Virus record (IMG/VR): IMGVR_UViG_3300028025_006304 | Coordinates: 32,001-96,000 of that record | From: a virus | Direction: 5' to 3' (one strand) | Length of the DNA stretch: 64,000 nt | Part shown: piece by piece, positions 47,049 through 54,829 of the stretch | Layout of the letters: each line of letters begins with the position of its first letter | How positions within the stretch are numbered: the first letter of the stretch is position 1 | Position numbers and translations under genes: made by a program | Notes under the pieces: generated by a model | Databases searched by the model: none | What the model saw: only the letters and a program-made list of their open reading frames with translations | What the model was told of the DNA's origin: nothing

Positions 47049-48247
47049 TACAGAGTTTTGCTTATATTTGATTTAGTTGTAGTCTCTAATTGAACCTTTA
47101 AGGTTGTTAGATAAGTTATAAACTGAGCAGCTGCTGCTGTAACTGAAGGAAGTGGGGTATTTACCAAAGCGGAGCTTAAAAGAGATAATTGGTCTACTAA
47201 TTGAGTTAAAAGAGTTATAGTAGTATCACCGTAAAGTAGTGGTTGTACCGCATTAACCCCACCTAATAACACACTATTAGATTGAATCACCGACTGTGGT
47301 GAATCAACATTAAAGCCGTTTAAAGCATTGATATTTACAGTTTTAGTTGATGATAAAAGTAAATGATCTTCGGTAGTATTAAATACTAAACGACCTGAGT
47401 TTAGAATAAGCTGTTTACCAGAGTACTCATTAGGTTGAATTGGTGGATTAGAAGTATAACTAGAATAAGAGATACTAGCTGCTTCTAAAGGTATTTTTTG
47501 GGTACTAGTAAAATAAACAGAAGTATCATCATTATTAATATCTTCTACAGTAGGTATCCATCCTTCCTCTGTTTGGTTACCTTGCCCATTACGAATAATA
47601 GTAATAGGGTCACCGTTTGTACCTGTTGAAGACCATGTATTAGGAGTGTTTTTAACAGTAGATCCTAAACGGATTGAATTACCCCACCTACCCTCAAAAA
47701 TTCTATCTCCCTCAAATGGTAAGAGTGGATGTATATTTCCTCTTTCAACAAATGTTCTCCCTAAAAATACTTCAGTAGATTGATCGGTTACTCTTCTTAC
47801 ACTACCTAATTCTGTCTCAACATAATCTTTTTGTTGTGATGGAGGTAATATATTAGAGTTTTGAGGAAAAGCATTATGGTGGGGATGATTCCAAATACCC
47901 ACAACACTCATATAATAAGCTGTCTTAGATGAAGTAAATTCTCCTATATCAGTATTTGGGTAAGAAGAGATAAGAACTATCTCATTTATTAAAGGTAAAC
48001 TTCTAGTAGAAGGATCATAGGGTTTAGCTGTAGGGTAAGATTGGTTTATAGATACGGGTTGGTCAACTAAAGTATATTCTATTGTACCTAAACCATTCCA
48101 TTCACCAAGTTCTTTCCAACGTGGGTGGGTTTCATCTAGTACTATACTAACTACTCTACCAACATTTTGGACTGGGAAAGCTATAGAAAATCTTGATTTA
48201 TCAAATAAAGCCCCTAAAACTCCACCTGATCTACTTGTTTTAGCCAT
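47048..48247 (-). CDS. Baseplate hub/spike protein (gp5/VgrG OB-fold-like)
   Basis: PLINEIVLI...YY..VGIWNHPHHNA, GDRIFEGRWGNSIRLGS, C-terminal beta-repeat region. Confidence 0.6.
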   Translation of the reverse strand: MAKTSRSGGVLGALFDKSRFSIAFPVQNVGRVVSIVLDETHPRWKELGEWNGLGTIEYTLVDQPVSINQSYPTAKPYDPSTRSLPLINEIVLISSYPNTDIGEFTSSKTAYYMSVVGIWNHPHHNAFPQNSNILPPSQQKDYVETELGSVRRVTDQSTEVFLGRTFVERGNIHPLLPFEGDRIFEGRWGNSIRLGSTVKNTPNTWSSTGTNGDPITIIRNGQGNQTEEGWIPTVEDINNDDTSVYFTSTQKIPLEAASISYSSYTSNPPIQPNEYSGKQLILNSGRLVFNTTEDHLLLSSTKTVNINALNGFNVDSPQSVIQSNSVLLGGVNAVQPLLYGDTTITLLTQLVDQLSLLSSALVNTPLPSVTAAAAQFITYLTTLKVQLETTTKSNISKTL

Positions 48248-48582
48248 TACTCCTCAGTTTTAAACTTGCTTATCTCATCAAGTAGTTGTTGTTTTTCTTC
48301 ATCAGAGATACCTAACGCACTTTCTCCACCTTCACTATTCATAGCACGTTGAGCTAGGGCAGCCATTTTAATTAAGAGATCATCGTTTTTAACTCCTATT
48401 TCCATATATTCTTTAATTAATGGAACTAAAAGAGTAGCATCACCTATTTCTTCAATCATAGGTTTTAGCTCATTGATGAGGGCAGTTACCTGCTTATCTT
48501 TTTTCTGTTGGTTATTGTAAATCTCCTCTAGGACATTTCCAAAAGTTTTATTTTTGAATATTACTTTATCAAACTGGCTCAT
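48247..48582 (-). CDS. Hypothetical protein
   Basis: 111 aa; late motif 3 nt upstream. Confidence 0.65.
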   Translation of the reverse strand: MSQFDKVIFKNKTFGNVLEEIYNNQQKKDKQVTALINELKPMIEEIGDATLLVPLIKEYMEIGVKNDDLLIKMAALAQRAMNSEGGESALGISDEEKQQLLDEISKFKTEE

Positions 48583-48596
48583 GGTTATAAATATAT

Positions 48597-49316
48597 TTAT
48601 TTAAACTCTACATAACCGTGTTCTAGATAATATATATAGTTAGATCTGAATATATTGTATAATTGGTTTGCTATCTTAGTTATTTTTGGTGTTTTAGCGT
48701 CTACCTGTTCACGAATATAAATGTATAGTGCTTTTTTATTAAAGACGTCTATACTGTCGCGCTTACGGAATAGTTCTAGGATAGCATCTGCAATTTGAGC
48801 ATCCTCATCTTTGGGAAATAACTCAAAAATATTATCAGTACAGTAAGTTGTAAACTCATCTATATAATATGAGAGTTTATCATCATGAGCATTACTTAAT
48901 GTTTCTTCAATTTGATAAGAATATTTTTCATTCTCATCTAATCCTTCAACTGGTACCTTATCAATTCTTCGTTTATAGTTTCGCGTGTTTGATATAATTA
49001 AATATCTTTTAGCAATTGTACCAAAATAAGAGTATGCTTTAGATCCTCTACTTTGATCATATAAGTGTATTTTAGAAAGAAGGAAAGTAATTACCTCGTG
49101 TTGAAGATCTTCAATGTTTTCTACCTCAGTATAGTAGAATTTAAAGGTATGGATAATATTTTCAGTAAGTTTAAAAAAAGCATAGTGAATATATCTGTGA
49201 TATATTTTTTCTTTTTCTAAAGGATTTGTTGATTTATTATACCTTACAATCGAATCTTCTGTTTCTTGAGTAAAGTATTGTATGCCTTTTTTCCTTTTTG
49301 GAGCTATTTCACTCAT
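48597..49316 (-). CDS. gp55: Phage sigma factor, T4 gp55-like
   Basis: YFTQETE...EDLQHEVITFLLSKIHLYDQSRGSKAYSYFGTIAKRYLI resembles gp55/sigma region 2. Confidence 0.7.
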   Translation of the reverse strand: MSEIAPKRKKGIQYFTQETEDSIVRYNKSTNPLEKEKIYHRYIHYAFFKLTENIIHTFKFYYTEVENIEDLQHEVITFLLSKIHLYDQSRGSKAYSYFGTIAKRYLIISNTRNYKRRIDKVPVEGLDENEKYSYQIEETLSNAHDDKLSYYIDEFTTYCTDNIFELFPKDEDAQIADAILELFRKRDSIDVFNKKALYIYIREQVDAKTPKITKIANQLYNIFRSNYIYYLEHGYVEFK

Positions 49317-49606
49317 AGTTTAATATTGTATGGTCTTATCATTTCGTTTAACATTTTAAGCCTTTCAAAGAAAAAACCTACTTCATCATCGCTTTTAAAG
49401 GTGCCTTTAGCATCTACTTCATCAATTCTTTTAGTCATAAATTCTACTGTACTACCTAAACCATTAATGTAGTCTTGGTAGGATATAATAGCGTCTTGCC
49501 TCCGTTTTAGTTCATCCTCACTTTGTTCAACCTTACGTAAAAGGTTAAAGGTCGTGAATCCTAGGACCACGACCACAACCAAAAGTATAATAATTAAAAT
49601 TATCAT
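49313..49606 (-). CDS. Single-pass membrane protein
   Basis: Hydrophobic N-terminus then coiled coil. Confidence 0.65.
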   Translation of the reverse strand: MIILIIILLVVVVVLGFTTFNLLRKVEQSEDELKRRQDAIISYQDYINGLGSTVEFMTKRIDEVDAKGTFKSDDEVGFFFERLKMLNEMIRPYNIKL

Positions 49607-50379
49607 ATACTGTCTAATAAATTTTTTAGTCCTTCACTTTTAACACCACTAAGTGCTTTTTGTTTAGCTGCGGCCGGAACAAACCTTCGGGTTTCTTTAT
49701 TAGAGGTATCCTTAACAGATTTATTACCTTGTAGTTTAGGTAACCATTCACGCTCAAACTCAATACGAGCAGCCATCATATCAGCAAAGTGAAGTACAAA
49801 TGGGAGACAAGTACGTGGTTTTTGCTCGGGCATATAAGTCATAAGATATTTTTTGTTTGCCTCATCATACAAACCATCGTGTGTTTGAATAGCTAACATC
49901 TCATTGAACGTATACTGGATACCATGTGATTGGAGCATGAACAAACCACGGTCTGGAACTGAAGCAAATGCGAGTTTAGTGTTGAACATATAGTCTTCAC
50001 CTAGCTTATCTTTACGCCATTGATCAGTTTGTGGAATGTAGGATTCGTGTTGATCGTCTCCCATCTTACCTAAATCGTGATTGATAGCAGCAAATACTAG
50101 TTCTTCAACAGTATATCCTGACACATCAGCATCTTCATCTGCCCATAGTTGGTGTTGTTTTAGAGAACAACGTACAACACGAATTACGTGTTCCACATAA
50201 CCCCCAGGAAAAGCATTATGGTATTCTTTTTTATGAGCAGCAGGCATGAGCATAACGCGCTCAGCATACTGATCATAGAATTCAAGTAGTTTTTCTTTAC
50301 GGGGTGAGGAAATATGTTCCTCAATAATACCCAAAAATACGTTCCAATTGTTTTGGATTTGTTCAGCAGTAAGATTCAT
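49603..50379 (-). CDS. HD-domain phosphohydrolase
   Basis: YHNAFPGGYVEH, AAINHDLGKMG, THDG, LHFADMMA. Confidence 0.85.
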   Translation of the reverse strand: MNLTAEQIQNNWNVFLGIIEEHISSPRKEKLLEFYDQYAERVMLMPAAHKKEYHNAFPGGYVEHVIRVVRCSLKQHQLWADEDADVSGYTVEELVFAAINHDLGKMGDDQHESYIPQTDQWRKDKLGEDYMFNTKLAFASVPDRGLFMLQSHGIQYTFNEMLAIQTHDGLYDEANKKYLMTYMPEQKPRTCLPFVLHFADMMAARIEFEREWLPKLQGNKSVKDTSNKETRRFVPAAAKQKALSGVKSEGLKNLLDSI

Positions 50380-50393
50380 AACTTTAATTTAAA

Positions 50394-50567
50394 TTAGTTT
50401 TGACGTTGAACCATCATCTTAAGATCTTCAACTACTTCTTCTGCGCTAGCAATAAGTTGATGATATTGTTCTGTGGTTGTTGTGGGGCGTGTAATCATAA
50501 CTTTCATGGTTGTTAATTTACCATTAAGTTTTTCTAATTTTTGCATCGCTAAGTCTGGATTTCTCAT
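50394..50567 (-). CDS. Small hypothetical protein
   Basis: Start MRNPDLAM at 50567. Confidence 0.5.
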   Translation of the reverse strand: MRNPDLAMQKLEKLNGKLTTMKVMITRPTTTTEQYHQLIASAEEVVEDLKMMVQRQN

Positions 50568-50622
50568 AATAGAATATTTTTGTTGGGTTATAAGGTAATA
50601 TAGATGTATGTGGGAATCAAGT

Positions 50623-51060
50623 TTACTTGATAAATTTCTCAACTATATCTTGGATTTGTTTTAAATGAGCACATTTCTCGTACTCTTCTTTTTGTTCAAA
50701 GAATTTAATAGCTATAACTAAGGCAAATACTAAATCATCATCAGCAAAAGTTTTTATAGCATCTACATCTACTTTACACTTTAAGTTTAATTTAGAGGCG
50801 TAAAACCACACTCTTGAATAAGTAACTAAATCAGCTATATCATCTAAACCAGCTATCTCTTTAACTAACTGTTCAGGGAGATGGTGTTTAAGTTGGTGGT
50901 AGAAAGTCTTATTATTTAAGACAATTTTTTTAAGCATTCCTATCCAAAATATGGGAGTCTCTTGAATTAAAATCAGTTCATTAGCTGCCTTAGCTTTTTG
51001 TTCTAAGGGAGTATCAAATTCTGTTGAATTGAATAGATTAAATATTTTATTTATATCCAT
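50623..51060 (-). CDS. Hypothetical protein with UVR-like C-terminal motif
   Basis: FFEQKEEYEKCAHL; ATATGTATA motif at 51066-51074 argues for a start at 51060 or 51066. Confidence 0.55.
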   Translation of the reverse strand: MDINKIFNLFNSTEFDTPLEQKAKAANELILIQETPIFWIGMLKKIVLNNKTFYHQLKHHLPEQLVKEIAGLDDIADLVTYSRVWFYASKLNLKCKVDVDAIKTFADDDLVFALVIAIKFFEQKEEYEKCAHLKQIQDIVEKFIK

Positions 51061-51096
51061 TTGCATATACATATATGCGTAGATCAAAAATTATTT

Positions 51097-51169
51097 GAGC
51101 CTTCTATAGGACTCGAACCTACAACCTGCTGATTACAAATCAGCTGCACTACCATTGTGCTAAGAAGGC
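51097..51169 (-). tRNA. trnT: tRNA-Thr(UGU)
   Basis: Full cloverleaf; GCTGA-TTTGTAA-TCAGC. Confidence 0.93.
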
Positions 51170-51226
51170 AATTAGTTGTTTTTCGAGTGGAAGGTACAAC
51201 TTTAAACCTTTCGGCTAGACTCAGTA

Positions 51227-51376
51227 TTACTCGGCTACTACTGTAGTGTCGGTTACCACTGTAGTGTCAGTAGCTACTACGCTAGTATCAACGGCAGTAC
51301 CTTCAACGGTAGATGCCTCGTTAGAACAAGCGACAGCGGCTGCAGCCAATGCGATCACGAAAAATGCATTTTTCAT
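51227..51376 (-). CDS. Small lipoprotein (49 aa, missed by track)
   Basis: MKNAFFVIALAAAAVA-C lipobox, tail with DTS/DTT repeats, own early promoter at 51408-51438. Confidence 0.75.
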   Translation of the reverse strand: MKNAFFVIALAAAAVACSNEASTVEGTAVDTSVVATDTTVVTDTTVVAE

Positions 51377-51447
51377 TTGTTTGTTGTTTTATTTATTATT
51401 GTTAATTAAATATACGAATAAAATCTGACATAGCCAAATTTTATTTG

Positions 51448-51521
51448 TGGACCTTGAGGGGCTCGAACCCACGACCAATTGATTATGAGTCAACTGCTCT
51501 AACCGACTGAGCTAAAGGTCC
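51448..51521 (-). tRNA. tRNA with CAU anticodon, probably Ile2 (alternatively Met)
   Basis: Cloverleaf; GTTGA-CTCATAA-TCAAT; overall Ile2-like context. Confidence 0.88.
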
Positions 51522-51527
51522 GATTAG

Positions 51528-51614
51528 CGGAGGCTCAGGGATTCGAACCCCGGTTACGCTCTCACGTAAGCCTGTTTTCAAGACAGGTGCATTCAACCGC
51601 TCTGCCAAACCTCC
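51528..51614 (-). tRNA. trnS: tRNA-Ser(UGA)
   Basis: CCTGT-CTTGAAA-ACAGG, long variable arm, G73. Confidence 0.93.
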
Positions 51615-51618
51615 ATTG

Positions 51619-51740
51619 TAGCCAGGGCTGGATTTGAACCAGCAATACTCAGTATTTAAACTGCTGCACTGTATAATCAAATTAGAAAGTATTTCACGCA
51701 GTAACCTAATTTGATGCGTCTACCATTCCGCCACCTGACT
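51619..51740 (-). ncRNA. tRNA-like RNA with enlarged anticodon and variable arms
   Basis: Acceptor AGTCAGG/CCTGGCT, Leu-type D arm, T arm GCTGG-TTCAAAT-CCAGC; 10-bp stem plus 20-nt loop in place of the anticodon arm. Confidence 0.7.
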
Positions 51741-51744
51741 ATAT

Positions 51745-51845
51745 AAAAGAACAGTTTGTAATGTCAGGGTAGAGCTTACCTACCCTCACCGGGACTCGAA
51801 CCCGTTAATACAAACGTACCCCTCATTAGCTACATGTGTTCCTTT
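51745..51845 (-). ncRNA. Structured RNA with T-loop hairpin (permuted tRNA/Y-RNA-like)
   Basis: GAACA/TGTTC, GTTTGTA/TACAAAC, CGGG-TTCGAGT-CCCG, AGGGTAG/CTACCCT. Confidence 0.55.
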
Positions 51846-51846
51846 G

Positions 51847-51926
51847 TACCGAAGGCGGGACTCGAACCCGCACGCTTAAAGCACTGGTTCCTAAGACCAG
51901 CATGTCTACCATTCCACCACTTCGGC
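51847..51926 (-). tRNA. trnL: tRNA-Leu(UAG)
   Basis: CTGGT-CTTAGGA-ACCAG, type II. Confidence 0.93.
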
Positions 51927-52010
51927 ATTTTCACCAACATATCAAATAACTCATTACTTATCTAATACTATAAATATACGAACCACATCTCGGGTAACCA
52001 AATTTTACCA

Positions 52011-52472
52011 TTAAACTCTTATAGCATGGTCTGCTGCTCTTGTAGCGATTTGAAGTGCAGGTTTTGTTGTGCTTTTAAAACCCGCTGCTTGTACCCACCC
52101 TTTTGATGCCGCCACTAGTTTATTAGATGCTTTAAACTCATCATCGTTAAAGTCCAAATCGATTGATTCGATTTTAAGTGGACTATTTTCAACTATGAAC
52201 AATGCTGTCTCAATTGACATTTCTGTTTCTCGCCACAAACGCGACCAAAAATCACGAACGATTGGTACTTTGATCTTGTGGTATAAAACGTGACATCCTC
52301 TACTACGGTACCTTAATACTATAGCTGTACAGTAAACTGTTTCGGGACCCCTGTTTTGTGAGTCGCTACCAACATATATCTTTGTCTCTGGATTAGCTTG
52401 CACATAATCAAGTAAGTAAGGGATTAGTTGAATTGGTTTATGTGTAGTGCCACTTTTAAAGATTCTGTTCAT
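52011..52472 (-). CDS. RNase H-like YkuK family protein
   Basis: IYVGSDSQ, YCTAIV, RLWRETEMS, IDLDFN, KP....ATRAADH; start moved to 52472 because the track extension runs through tRNA-Tyr. Confidence 0.8.
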   Translation of the reverse strand: MNRIFKSGTTHKPIQLIPYLLDYVQANPETKIYVGSDSQNRGPETVYCTAIVLRYRSRGCHVLYHKIKVPIVRDFWSRLWRETEMSIETALFIVENSPLKIESIDLDFNDDEFKASNKLVAASKGWVQAAGFKSTTKPALQIATRAADHAIRV

Positions 52473-52485
52473 GACCTTATTTTTG

Positions 52486-52567
52486 TGCCTGCAGAAGGAC
52501 TCGAACCTCCGAACCCGAATGGGAGCTGATTTACAGTCAGCTGCAATTGCCGCTATGCTATACAGGC
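52486..52567 (-). tRNA. trnY: tRNA-Tyr(GUA)
   Basis: GCTGA-CTGTAAA-TCAGC, long variable arm. Confidence 0.92.
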
Positions 52568-52579
52568 TAATAATGTTAG

Positions 52580-52655
52580 TTGGCAAGACGAGACTCGAAC
52601 TCGCATGTGACCGTTACACTTTCTACAAGGTATAAGCTTGAGGTGATACTTGCCA
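52580..52655 (-). ncRNA. D-armless tRNA-like RNA with UAU loop
   Basis: Acceptor TGGCAAG/CTTGCCA, T arm GCGAG-TTCGAGT-CTCGT, CAAG-CTTATAC-CTTG; no D arm. Confidence 0.65.
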
Positions 52656-52664
52656 GTATTTTAG

Positions 52665-52737
52665 TGATCCGGGATGGATTCGAACCATCGACCGACAGCT
52701 TAGAAGGCTGTTGCTCTATCCACTGAGCTACCGGACC
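52665..52737 (-). tRNA. trnR: tRNA-Arg(UCU)
   Basis: ACAGC-CTTCTAA-GCTGT. Confidence 0.93.
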
Positions 52738-52744
52738 ATATTTT

Positions 52745-52804
52745 AAGGGGCTACCTATCTTGCTGTCGCGAGCAGCTCATAGCCGGAAACCTTAGTCTCC
52801 CCTT
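52745..52804 (-). ncRNA. Compact three-way-junction RNA candidate
   Basis: AAGG/CCTT, GGAGAC-TAAG-GTTTCC, GGCTA/TAGCC enclosing GCTG-CTCGCGA-CAGC. Confidence 0.4.
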
Positions 52805-52809
52805 TTTTG

Positions 52810-52895
52810 TAGCTGAGGCGGGAATCGAACCCGCACGACCGTTGCTGGTCAACAGATTTTAAGTCTGTCATGTCTACCTATTTCATCACTCAGCC
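52810..52895 (-). tRNA. trnL: tRNA-Leu(UAA)
   Basis: ACAGA-CTTAAAA-TCTGT, type II. Confidence 0.93.
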
Positions 52896-52939
52896 CTCTT
52901 GTACTATAAATATACTACACAAATTTTGCATCTCCAAAT

Positions 52940-53443
52940 TTATAGATAGTTCTGTCCAAATTTAGTTACAATTTCCTTTGCCTCATCGATTGACAGATCA
53001 AAAAACTCTCGGTTACCAGCAATTCGTTGCCCATCCAGATGACGGTGAACCTCTTTCTCCAACTGCTCGGCATTATAGCAATGGAAGGCCCACTCAACTT
53101 TAAACGGAAGAGGAATACCTGTTGATCGTGAGAGTTGCTCTGCTCGAATCTCGGGGGTTAGATCGGTAAATCCAATTTTTACATAACCCGGCATGGTAGG
53201 ATTTGACAAAACATACACCCACGAATCAAGATCAGAGGTACGATTAGCATATTTATTACGCTTTCTTCCGGTAAAATACGTAACTATATCCCACCCATCT
53301 TCACCTTCAGTGAGTGTATAATAGGGGCAACGGTTAACCGAAATTCCCGTGTAATCTTCCACTAGAGGAATGTATTGCTTTGCTTCCTCGGGTGTAATCC
53401 GTTTAATAGGATCACGATTTGGTCGAATATTATAGTAAGGCAT
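52940..53443 (-). CDS. T5orf172-type GIY-YIG domain protein
   Basis: WVYVLSNPTMPGYVKIGFT...STGIPLPF...LEKEVH...NREFF. Confidence 0.85.
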   Translation of the reverse strand: MPYYNIRPNRDPIKRITPEEAKQYIPLVEDYTGISVNRCPYYTLTEGEDGWDIVTYFTGRKRNKYANRTSDLDSWVYVLSNPTMPGYVKIGFTDLTPEIRAEQLSRSTGIPLPFKVEWAFHCYNAEQLEKEVHRHLDGQRIAGNREFFDLSIDEAKEIVTKFGQNYL

Positions 53444-53591
53444 TCCACAAAAGTTTAAAAATCACATACAAAGTCATCGAGGCATACAAATTAAACCCAA
53501 AAGTAAGCAACTCATCTCTCCAATCAATTTTTCCCACATTGCGATTTGCCCAGATTCGAGACAAAACGTTTACCATCAATACAGTCAGCAT
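53430..53591 (-). CDS. Small membrane protein (53 aa, missed by track)
   Basis: GGTTATG start with own promoter; hydrophobic C-terminus. Confidence 0.55.
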   Translation of the reverse strand: MLTVLMVNVLSRIWANRNVGKIDWRDELLTFGFNLYASMTLYVIFKLLWNALL

Positions 53592-53699
53592 AACCCTTTA
53601 TTTTCAATTATGGGTAAATATACAAAGAAAAGGTTGGGAAGGCAAGCCTCAACTCGAAAGTTTCCTTGCTATTACTTAATATCACAATATCCGTATATA

Positions 53700-53918
53700 C
53701 TACCCTATCCATTCCCACATCCCAATTACAGTAAGAGAAACGCCTAAAAACACCTCAATATGTTGAACATCCCAACTAAAAATAATATTGGATAAAAACA
53801 AACTTAATGTAATGGTAGCACATCTAATGATTGCTACCTTATCCGGTTTAAATACGGTAATTAAACCCTTAATAAACGCGAATAACAATAAAGCTACTAC
53901 AACAGCAATTGCCCACAT
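53700..53918 (-). CDS. Small multi-TM membrane protein
   Basis: 72 aa, mostly hydrophobic. Confidence 0.55.
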   Translation of the reverse strand: MWAIAVVVALLLFAFIKGLITVFKPDKVAIIRCATITLSLFLSNIIFSWDVQHIEVFLGVSLTVIGMWEWIG

Positions 53919-53968
53919 AACATTGTTTTTATAAATAAATTACAAGTAAAAACCCCAATAGGGTTTTT

Positions 53969-54760
53969 TCACGCGTATTGAAGCGCTAGTTTATACAAGT
54001 CGCTATTCAGGGCGATGTCCTGTTGGAAGTTTTTAATACGCCGTGCTTTACGCGTTTTTGAGGCGCTACGGTAATCGAACATACCGTTAACAAGCTTTTC
54101 TTGCACTAAATTAAACACGCTCCACAAATCATTCCCACTGTCTTGTTTGCGGGTTGGGGTAAGGAAATCTTGTACGTTAAAAGTTTTGTTTTCGGTATCG
54201 AAACGTAATCCTAGTGCCTCCAGTGCGAACTGTTGTTTTTGATCCTCGGATAATTGCTTAGATTTAAATTGATTCATAGACTCAACCGTTAATGGGAGTT
54301 TTTCTACCATCTCGGTAATGAGGTGCTGAAGCGCCTCAAAATCGTATCCCATATGTCGGATCTTCATTTTGCCGAATTGCTCATCTGCTATTACTAATCC
54401 GTTTGAACAGACGAGACGGAAAAGACCGGCCTGGAAAGTGAATGCATTTTTACCATCGTGGCTGTTAGTTAAGAGAATTCTGGGAAAAACAGTATCTCCA
54501 TCCGCTCCTTCAATCACGATCTCGGGGTTAGCGAACACAAGCATGTGTTTTTGGAAACCTTGGTTTTTACGTGATTTGATCTCTTTTGCATCTACTACGT
54601 TCCAACCCAACGCGGACATATCATCCAAAACTCGTTCGGTTGGGATATGTGAGTACTTCTCGGATACCGTACTTGATCCGTGTTTTGTGAATACGCTGGG
54701 GGCTACTTGTTTAACTTGCTCCTTGCTGATTGTCTCGATGGTGCTCAAATTTGCTAGCAT
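53969..54760 (-). CDS. DUF932-family phage/plasmid protein
   Basis: APSVF...SEKYSHIPT..VLD.M...GW, LLTNSHDG..AF.FQAGLFRLVCSNGL, DLWSVFNLVQE. Confidence 0.85.
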   Translation of the reverse strand: MLANLSTIETISKEQVKQVAPSVFTKHGSSTVSEKYSHIPTERVLDDMSALGWNVVDAKEIKSRKNQGFQKHMLVFANPEIVIEGADGDTVFPRILLTNSHDGKNAFTFQAGLFRLVCSNGLVIADEQFGKMKIRHMGYDFEALQHLITEMVEKLPLTVESMNQFKSKQLSEDQKQQFALEALGLRFDTENKTFNVQDFLTPTRKQDSGNDLWSVFNLVQEKLVNGMFDYRSASKTRKARRIKNFQQDIALNSDLYKLALQYA

Positions 54761-54829
54761 AACTGTTTTTCCTTTGTTGTTATTATTTTATTAACACCTA
54801 AATATACGTATATACCTTCGGGTAGCCAA

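Noticed and set aside
51660-51715. Reading the 122-nt element as an amber suppressor (CUA) or intron-containing Arg(UCU) tRNA, implying stop-codon recoding
   Set aside because: Requires unsupported splicing and a register shift; genes are intact in code 11 and TAG ends normal ORFs (57833, 60258)
51483-52635. ORFs 51483-51680 and 52447-52635, and the 5' extension of 52011-52586
   Set aside because: They overlap clear tRNA genes
52745-52804. Hammerhead-like CTATGAG...stem...AAG
   Set aside because: Lacks the invariant CUGAnGA and GAAA core
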